DNA of 17,009 nucleotides. Source: Octopus sinensis (Eukaryota). The position numbers and the translations under genes are program-made. The DNA lies in contig NW_021824923.1 of NCBI RefSeq assembly GCF_006345805.1, positions 1-17,009 on the forward strand. The letters are read 5' to 3'. Shown piece by piece: positions 9,190-17,009 of the stretch. The notes below the pieces were generated by a model, which saw nothing but the letters and a program-made list of their open reading frames with translations, was not told where the DNA came from and searched no databases. Position 1 is the first letter of the stretch. Every line of letters starts with the position of its first letter.

Positions 9190-10840
9190 ATCAAGATAAC
9201 TGGAAAGAACTAATTAAGTGCAAATGATGATGGTACTGCCAAAAGGATTCGTAAAAAGATTACGTTTGATGCTAAACCTATGATTTGATGCGGGTTAAAA
9301 AGTCATATTGAAAAAAAAGAAAAAAAGAAAAAAAGAAAGAAAGAAAGAAACATTAAAGCTCGTATCGTCTGCAATGGAAGCAACATAAGACAATAATGAT
9401 AAATAATCAGTGACTCCGTACAAGGCAGGGACATTGTTTTGTTTATTTGTTGTTGTCTTTATTTTTTCATTGATCTGGAGTGGTCTTTAAAATGAAACTA
9501 CTCTTGATCTATGTACAAATCAGACGAGACATAATGCGCCGATAAATACGGTGGTTATTCAAGTGTAAGTTAGAAATTACATGGTACAACTTCTTATGTA
9601 AAACTTTTTTGGCACTAATAAAGGTTGATTTGAAAAATTGAAGATGCGTTTTAATTCGAACAGCATTAAAATGACCGTTGAAGCTGTCAGTGATATAGAG
9701 GTTACTACTAATTATCCAGAGAAACTGAAAGAAATTATTGCTTAAGGAAGCTATACACTAGAGGTGTATAATGATGATGAAATAGCTTCCTAGAAGCGCA
9801 TGTCGACTAAAAATTTTATTTCTCATGAAGAAAAATCAGCACCGGGCTTTAAATACTTCCAGAAACTGCTTGGCGATTCTTGTGGGAAGAAATACAACGC
9901 ATGAAGAGAAATTAAAGCCCAGATTTGTGTATTACTCCTAAACTCCAATGGCTTTGAATGCTTAGATAACCTATCAGATAATAGCCTAAGATAAGCTACC
10001 AGTGATTTAGAGCTCAAATATGAACGCTGGATGACTACAAGTCTTTCTTAGAATGGATTAGAAACTTTTTTAAACCCTCATATAAAGGTACAGTTCTAGG
10101 CGCCCAGTGGACTTAAATGATTTTATCGATAATGTGAGAGTGGACTATATCGCCAAGAACACAAATTTATACTCAAGCTGTGGCAGCTAACTTCAAGACA
10201 TATTATCAGAGAAACCTTGAAACAATTCATAAAATTGACGGAGAAAATAAACCTCTAGAGTTATGGGGGAAAAGTCCAACATTATGGATGCAGTGGATAA
10301 CATAACCAAGTTCTGAAATGATATGAAACCCTATGCTCTGTGTAGAGAAAAACTATAGCCAGATTCTATCCGTGACTTTACAGTTTTTCATCAGCAGAAA
10401 GTCTACATAAAATTCAGTTAGGTATTGTAGCACAGTCAAATTTGTTGGATTTAAAGAAGTCACAGAAAAGAGTATGGTCGAGACCCGTAGAGAAAGCTTG
10501 TAAGCTCTGTACTAATATCATCAGTTTTCCTAATGAGAGATTGATGATATTAGAACAAGAGCCAGCTGAAGTGCAAGAAGATATAGAAGCTCCACCTACT
10601 CTACTTTAGTTGACTGCAATGACTATGGCTAAAAGGTTGGTACTTATAGAGGAAGGTCTACAAGTCTTTCTTAATAGCTGTACAAGTTCTGAATGCACCA
10701 AATGAGCTCAGTTCGTACTCTTTAAATGTCACACAACTCTGGAGTTCTTCATTCACGCAGCAAATGTAAATAATGATGATTTAATAAGCAGAAAAAAAAG
10801 TGTTCCTAGTTTTCCTATTGAACCCCCACCTATGACACAG
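9190..10840 (+). pseudogene. Decayed pogo/Tigger-family transposase (CENP-B HTH plus DDD domain)
   Basis: RIRKKITFDAK (9244), NQTRHNAPINTVVIQ, FGTNKG*FEKLKMRF, NYPEKLKEII, YNDDE (9767-9781), FISHEEKSAPGFK, KLKPRFVYYS, WMTTSL, IDN (10125-10133), NFKTYYQR, NIMDAVDNI, GFKEV. Many stops and frameshifts; TIRs not resolved. Confidence 0.88.
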
Positions 10841-10947
10841 CAGTCAACATCATTTGTGGTAGTACGATATTACTGAATCCCTATTTATCTCATAATGCTT
10901 TTTCTGCAAATGTTATTCCGTAATAACTCAACAAATTATCAATGAAC

Positions 10948-11012
<65 letters not shown>

Positions 11013-11050
11013 GAAGAAGAAGAAGAAGAAGAAGAAGAAGAAGAAGAAGA
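10948..11050. repeat. Compound trinucleotide array (AAT)12(GAT)9-GA-(GAA)12
   Basis: Counted directly from the sequence. Confidence 0.97.
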
Positions 11051-11052
11051 TT

Positions 11053-13100
11053 AAGAAGAAAAACGGTAATCTGATGTCAAATTTTTGATCTATAACCTGT
11101 TTATCACTTATGTAGAAGCTTTGGCAGAAAAGTTATATAATCATCTGGAAAGAAACAAATTACTTCCAGTGGAAGAGAAAGGTTTCAGGAAGTAAAATAG
11201 GGCAACTAAAAACCAGCAAATATTTGATAAAATTGTAATTAGAATTTGTAGACGCAAATAATGGGATCGAATGTAACATGGTTGGATTACAGAAAAAGCA
11301 CATGACATGGTACCGCAATGTGGGATAAGTAAAACAATGAGCATGTCTGGGGTGGTAGAAAATATGAAAAAAATGATGAATGGAAATATGAAATACTGGA
11401 ATGCTGAATTGATACGAAAAATACAAAGACTTGGGAAATGAACATCAGACGTGGTATATTTCAAGGTGATAGCTTATCTTCATTACTATTTGTATTGGCT
11501 ACGGTAATGCTTAGTTTGATACTACGAGAAGTCAAGGTAGCTTATGGCTTGGGAAAAGAGTATGGTCTGAGAAATCATCTTTTTATGAATGATATAAAGC
11601 TTTATTTTCTCAAATGATATAGGTATGGAATTCAGGACTGAAAAGTGCTCTATATTGAAAACTAGCAGCATAGCCCGGCGTTGCCCGGGTATGTAAGATC
11701 CCCTAGTAGGCAACGACTAATCCCAATGTAGTCCTTTCCCTCTAGGGAACGAAGGCGCATGTGTAGATTGCAATGTCTTCTCTTCACTCGAATACTTCTG
11801 TGTATACGATGTTCCTAGCTGTCCCTTTGGGCGATAAAATGGTCGAGTGTGTCCCCTAGACAGAAAATGTGTTGCATATAAAAAGCTTAGATTCTCGAGC
11901 CAATGTCGAATTTATCGATTTCTTTTCAGAACTGGGGGAACTTTTCAAAATTTTCACTGCGTTAGTTTTGAATTATGACATTGGGCTATGTGTGTGTCAA
12001 GTTTCATCAGAATCGGTTGAAAGCCATGGTCAGGGTAAGGGTACAACCTGACAGACACACAGACAGACAAACTGCCGTTTATATATAGAGAGATGAAACG
12101 AAGACAATTTGAAGAAAGCAAGGTATTGAAATGCCAAATTGGCTAATAATGAAAGCAGTTGAGAAAGAACACTGGTATAAGTATTTGGAAATACTGGAGG
12201 CAGATGAAATAAAACATGAAGAGATGAAGCAAATTACAAGTAGGGAGTATGTAAGGAAAGTGAGAAAAATATTACAGTCAAGGCTGAATTTTAAAAAAAT
12301 GTTATTCAAGCGATAAATGCAAGAGTAGTACTGGCTGTCAGATATGGAGCTGGAATTGTAGACTGGACAAAAAGCGACATACAGAAACTTGACAGAAAAG
12401 CTAGAAGCTGTTCACAATGTATGGATCCCACCGTCCAAAAGCTGATATAACCGGTTGTACATAAAGAGAGTCCGGAATGGAAAAGGCTTAATTGCAGTGG
12501 AAGAGTGCGAACAGATGGGAAAGAAAAAGCCTACTAGAATATTTACAGAACAGCTCACAGAAATTTCTAAAAGCAGTGAATAAAGATCAGACGACTAAGT
12601 GTGGAATAGGAGAGAAGAACAAGAATGCAATTCAAAGACAGCATGCTGGCCAGGTTTGGAAAGCCACTGAGGTTGCATGTGGAATGAAAACCTGAGCTTG
12701 GTTGAATAAAAGACAATTGCTTAGTTAAAAATGGACAACTGAGAAAAGAAACAGAGAGCCTTGTTATAGCTGCTCAAGATCAAGCGTTAAAAGCATACAA
12801 CTTGAGAAAATGCGTGTATGGGGAGAAGGTGTCAGTAAAATGTAGAGTATATTGAATTTGGAATAAAACAATGGCACACATTGTTGCAGAATGTTCCAAG
12901 TTGGCTCTGGGCGAATTTAAGAAATGGAGGCATGGGCAAGTCGTGAAAGTTTTGCACTGGAAACTTTGTGAGAAATGGGGGTTTGAAGCTAGAAGTACTT
13001 AGTATAATCATTGGGTTGAAAGGGAGCTAGAGTCGGAAAAATGCAAGATGTTATGGTATTTTCCAATTCAGACGGATAAGATAGAAAATGATAAACCAGT
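11053..13100 (+). pseudogene. Decayed R4/Dong-clade non-LTR retrotransposon (RT, CCHC knuckle, start of RLE endonuclease), interrupted by a Helitron
   Basis: ITCLSLM, HLERNKLLPVEEKGFR, WLDYRKAHDMVP, IRRGIFQGDSLS, NHLFMNDIKLY (FMDD degenerate), DIGMEF..KC, YKYL.ILEAD, AAQDQAL, CRVY*IWNKTMAHIVAEC (12841; CX2CX8HX4C with C>Y), LHWKLC, LWYFPIQTD. Confidence 0.88.
11662..12093 (-). mobile_element. Complete 432-bp non-autonomous Helitron
   Basis: Minus strand starts A|TCTCTCTATATATAAAC (12093) and ends CCCGG-GCAACG-CCGGG-CTATGCTG-CTAG|T (hairpin 11674-11689, CTAG 11662-11665). Inserted at A|T with no TSD. Confidence 0.93.
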
Positions 13101-14013
13101 TATAACAACAATAGGCATACATACATACATACATGCGCATTTACATATCTTCAGTTGCAGTCATTTCAAGACTTTCGATTATTCTATCAGTCAGACTGCC
13201 ATGCTGTTTTGTAATGAAAAGTGTGGATTTTTTTCTCTCATTGATCAACAATGTTGACTGGTTTATGGAATACTCGTGAAACTTGATGTAGCGGCAAATG
13301 GCAACAGCTGAACAAATACCACTCAACGCTATAACATGTATTCAGTGTTTTATTCACTCTTTTATATCATGAACAACGTTCGCGTGTGTATCCTAGAAAT
13401 ACTACTTCTTAATCGTGGATCTTGTCATAGTGGCTACGAAAGATATGAACACCCAGTCATAACATATATCAGCATTATTTTTGAGCGAAAATAATTTCGC
13501 ATATCAAATAGCAGCTTAAAGATTAGGACAACACACCCTTCATGAATCTTTGTTCGCGAAGCTAAGACTTTAATACGGTACGTTAAAAGACTTCGATCAA
13601 CTACGATTATTTAGGCAATTAGTAAAATAATTGCGTTGTGCTATTTTTCTGTCGGGTAGGCTTTTTTCAGCAACAAGCCTCAACTTCCCCTCTCGCCTTT
13701 TGAAACCTCAATCTAGTCCTATCTTCCAGTGGGCGTGAATATTTGCAACGTCCTCCTATCTTCCAAAGTTTCATTTCAAGTAACATCACGTCTCTCTTGT
13801 AGTTATATTTGAAACAAAGAGGGGCGCCTTTATACACTGTTTGTCTGCTTTTGGCATTGGAACGGGTTAAGTGGCACTAAATGCGGTCGGATTCGCTCCA
13901 AAATTTACAGGGACATGTAAAAAGAGGCGAAGATGTGAGTGGACTAGGTTAGAAATCCCTATCTCAAAAGCTGTGGTTACTAGGGCAAAAAACCCCACAC
14001 TTTGACAAGTGTA

Positions 14014-14493
14014 TGTCGTTTCTCTCTTTCTCATATCTGCCTCTCTTCCCCCGTCTCTCTCTCTTTCCTCCCTTACCTCCAATTTCTCTCTATAACGACG
14101 TTTGACAGCTTCCACTATCTTTCCCTCGCCATTTTCGCCAGCTCTGTCACTCTTTTTCCCCTCGCTCCCCCCTCTCTACGTCTGTCTGCATTCATAGAGA
14201 GAATTATTATCGCCACAACCACGACACAATCACGAGAACAAATATTATGAATTGTCGTTTCTGTCTTTCACATATCTGCCTCTCTTCTTCCGTCTCTCTC
14301 TCTCTTTCCTCCCTTCCCTCCGGTTTCGATCTACAACGACGTTTGACAGCTGCCACTTTCTTTCTCTAGCCACCTTCGCCAGCTCTGTCACTTTTTCTCC
14401 CACCCCCCTCTCTCTCTGTACGTATGTCTGCATTCATAGAGAGAATTATTATCGCCACATCCACCACACAATCATGAGAACAAATATTATGAA
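14014..14493. repeat. Tandem duplication of a ~240-bp pyrimidine-rich unit (14014-14251, 14253-14493)
   Basis: Both units run TGTCGTTTCT...ACGACGTTTGACAGCT...CGCCAGCTCTGTCACT...GCATTCATAGAGAGAATTATTATCGCCACA...GAGAACAAATATTATGAA. Confidence 0.92.
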
Positions 14494-14519
14494 ACAGATA
14501 TTTATTGGGTTAATTCACA

Positions 14520-14657
14520 TGTGTGTGTGTGTGTGTGTGTGTTGTGTGTGTGTGTGTATCTATATATAAATATGTATATATGTATAATACGAAGTGTATT
14601 ATCTGAATTTATATATAAGGTATGTTATATATATATATATATATAATATTATATATA

Positions 14658-14688
<31 letters not shown>

Positions 14689-14770
14689 AATATATATATA
14701 TATATATACAGATATATATAATTTGTATACATTTGTATATATAATGCGTAGACCACACACACACCCACAT

Positions 14771-14852
<82 letters not shown>

Positions 14853-14860
14853 GTGTGCAT
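14520..14860. repeat. (GT)n/(AT)n/(AC)n microsatellite block
   Basis: Directly visible. Confidence 0.95.
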
Positions 14861-15406
14861 TATGTGGTTAGTTGAGCTGAAAATATGCACACCTATGTTA
14901 AAAGTGCTTGCGAGTTTGCATGGCAACTATTTTTTTCCTCAAATGAAAGGCGTGACCTCTAGGATAAAATTTCTCATCTTTTAAAACGTGGCCTGAGTAG
15001 AACCGAATGAAATCGAGTTATACTAAACAAAATGTGAAAAGGGGTCTAAATGGAGCTGGAAGGGGATTAAAATTTACAGGAGCGGGTTTTTAGGAATTCT
15101 CCGTTACATTAAGCTAAAAAATTTGCACCAGCCTTTAAATCGTCAATGTGTTGCTGTCTGTCATGAAGAAGTTTTCAATGCCTGCCATGGTTAGAGAGAA
15201 AGAATCACTTCAAAACTTGGTGTTTAGGATTTTGTTTTTACATCAAGTTCAAAATTTTGCGCTAGCCGTTAAACTGCCACTACGTTGCTGTCCGTCGTGA
15301 AGAAATGCCAGCCATGGTGAGTCTACCATCCTGAGATTCTATCCCTTTAAACTTTGGTTTCGAATATTTTAAAATTTTTATTCAGCTCGCAATATATATA
15401 CAAAGA

Positions 15407-15450
15407 TATGTAATTTACATAATTTACATTTGACGGATTTTTGTCCTCAT
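15407..15450 (-). mobile_element. Inverted tail fragment of the hammerhead SINE
   Basis: Reverse complement ATGAGGACAAAAATCCGTCAAATGTAAATTATGTAAAT matches 15654-15690 and 3712-3750. Confidence 0.8.
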
Positions 15451-15527
15451 GATGGGTATACAGGGCTTCGTATATTTTACCCCAGTGTCACTTTGATGGC
15501 ATGCACTGCTCTCTCACTCAATATAAA

Positions 15528-15730
15528 TAACAACAACAACAACAACATCGAAAAATACCTTAGGAATGAGAACTCAGGTTCCAAATTTCCCCAAGATACT
15601 CAATGAAGGCTGAAGGGTATAACAGCCGAAACGTTGTATTAACAACAAACAAGATTAGGACAAACATCCGTCAAATGTAAATAATGTAAATACTGTACAT
15701 AATTCCTCATCTCTTAAATATAGAACTGTA
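15528..15730 (+). mobile_element. Headless copy of the hammerhead SINE ((AAC)n linker plus full tail)
   Basis: Aligns with 3598-3751 and ends AATATAGAACTGTA, matching the inverse of 3236-3248. Confidence 0.9.
15595..15640 (+). ncRNA. Hammerhead-like motif with intact stems but mutated core
   Basis: GAUAC-UCAAUGA-A-GGCUG-loop10-CAGCC-GAAACGUU-GUAUU. Stems I and II pair fully; the core CUG is changed to UCA. Confidence 0.55.
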
Positions 15731-15846
15731 AAGATATATATACACACACAAACACTTATGTATATAAAGATATATATATAAATCTATATGTATACACACA
15801 AACACATATTTATATATATATTATATTTATATATATATATATTATA

Positions 15847-15902
15847 TAAGGCGGTGCTCCAGCATGCCACAGTCAAATGACTGAAAGTAAAAGAGTAAAA
15901 GA
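15847..15902 (+). mobile_element. Isolated 3' tail fragment of the 304-890 SINE family
   Basis: TAAGGCGGTGCTCCAGCATGCCACAGTCAAATGACTGAAAGTAAAAGA matches 836-890. Confidence 0.85.
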
Positions 15903-16035
15903 TATATATTATATTATGTATAAGATACATATTAAAGATAATATATACACACACACGTATATATAAAGATATGTATACATATATATGGTGTGTGTGTGTG
16001 TGTATGTATGTAATATATATATATTATATCTAATA

Positions 16036-16087
<52 letters not shown>

Positions 16088-16589
16088 ATATATATAGATA
16101 CACATGTTATATGAGTGTTTGTATTATTTACGTACACATATACATAAATATATGTTTGCATGTATGGAAGTATGTTTAATTTATCAACATAAGTGAAATA
16201 ACTACAAGTGAAATATATTTCCTACAAACCTATTCCAGTAAAATATGCTGTAATTTGAGCGCACGTGTATTTTGGTTTCATCGTAATCATTTTCGTTGTC
16301 AATCTGAGAAGCAAAATAAGTAATTGTTTAAAATTAGGAGATTCAGCAATATTACAAGTATACGAAGACACAAAGACCTAACAAACACGCTTACAGAAAA
16401 ATATATCAACATTCAGTGAAAAAGTAGTGTTGCGTTTTATATAGTGAACCTCTGCACTCCGAAAATACCCGATTAAACGGAAACTAGGCTCTATATGATC
16501 GACTAAATTTTTCACAGACATACAACGGGGGGGGGGGGGGCTGCTGTCAAATAAATTAAAACAATTAATAAAACACACTTGTGAACATA

Positions 16590-16768
16590 TGATTATCTAT
16601 CTATCTATCTATTTATATATCTGTCTCATGTATATATGTATACATGAGACAGATAGATAAATAGATAGATAATATACATGAATACACACACACACACACA
16701 CACACACAGATATATATGCACACACACACACGCATGCATATATACATACATACATATATATAATATTA

Positions 16769-16850
<82 letters not shown>

Positions 16851-16870
16851 CGAGAGACAGAGACAGAGAC

Positions 16871-16901
<31 letters not shown>

Positions 16902-16950
16902 CAGAGCAAGAGACAGACAGACAGAGAGGAAGGGATGGACAGACGGAGGG
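16590..16950. repeat. Compound microsatellite (ATCT)n(AC)n(AT)n(AG)n(AGAC/AGAGAC)n
   Basis: Directly visible. Confidence 0.95.
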
Positions 16951-17009
16951 ACAGAGTGTCAACAGGTGGGATCCAAAGATGCTGAACATGGAAAACATAG
17001 TGTTCAAAT

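Noticed and set aside
13145-13328. Possible 184-nt minus-strand exon (LSGICSAVAICRYIKFHEYS...TATED) with AG and GTAAAT borders
   Set aside because: The acceptor lacks a pyrimidine tract and no homology is recognised. Worth checking only if RNA-seq supports 5860-5961.
1-17009. CRISPR array or prokaryotic operon-type system
   Set aside because: No regularly spaced repeat-spacer structure and no gene-dense region; the sequence is eukaryotic repeat-rich DNA.

Overview
AT-rich, microsatellite-dense eukaryotic DNA made almost entirely of transposable-element relics. The SINE families suggest an octopus/coleoid cephalopod genome (inference from family recognition). No intact host gene is supportable. 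Contents in order: a bipartite tRNA-derived SINE; a head-to-head pair of a second, tRNA-Ile-like SINE; a near-intact mariner (DD34D) with TIRs and TA TSD; a 5' Helitron fragment; a 145-bp palindrome; an RTE-related SINE fragment; a decayed Penelope-like RT/GIY-YIG element; a decayed pogo/Tigger transposase; an R4/Dong-clade LINE split by a complete non-autonomous Helitron; and a ~240-bp tandem duplication. The most notable signal: all three copies of the tRNA-Ile-like SINE tail carry a 46-nt minimal type I hammerhead ribozyme motif of the kind known from Penelope-like elements. One stem pair changes in a compensatory way between copies, and an inverted tail precedes the forward copy at two loci. 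This suggests a Pol III SINE that may be mobilised by Penelope-like machinery. Boundaries of the decayed elements are approximate, and all translations were done by eye.
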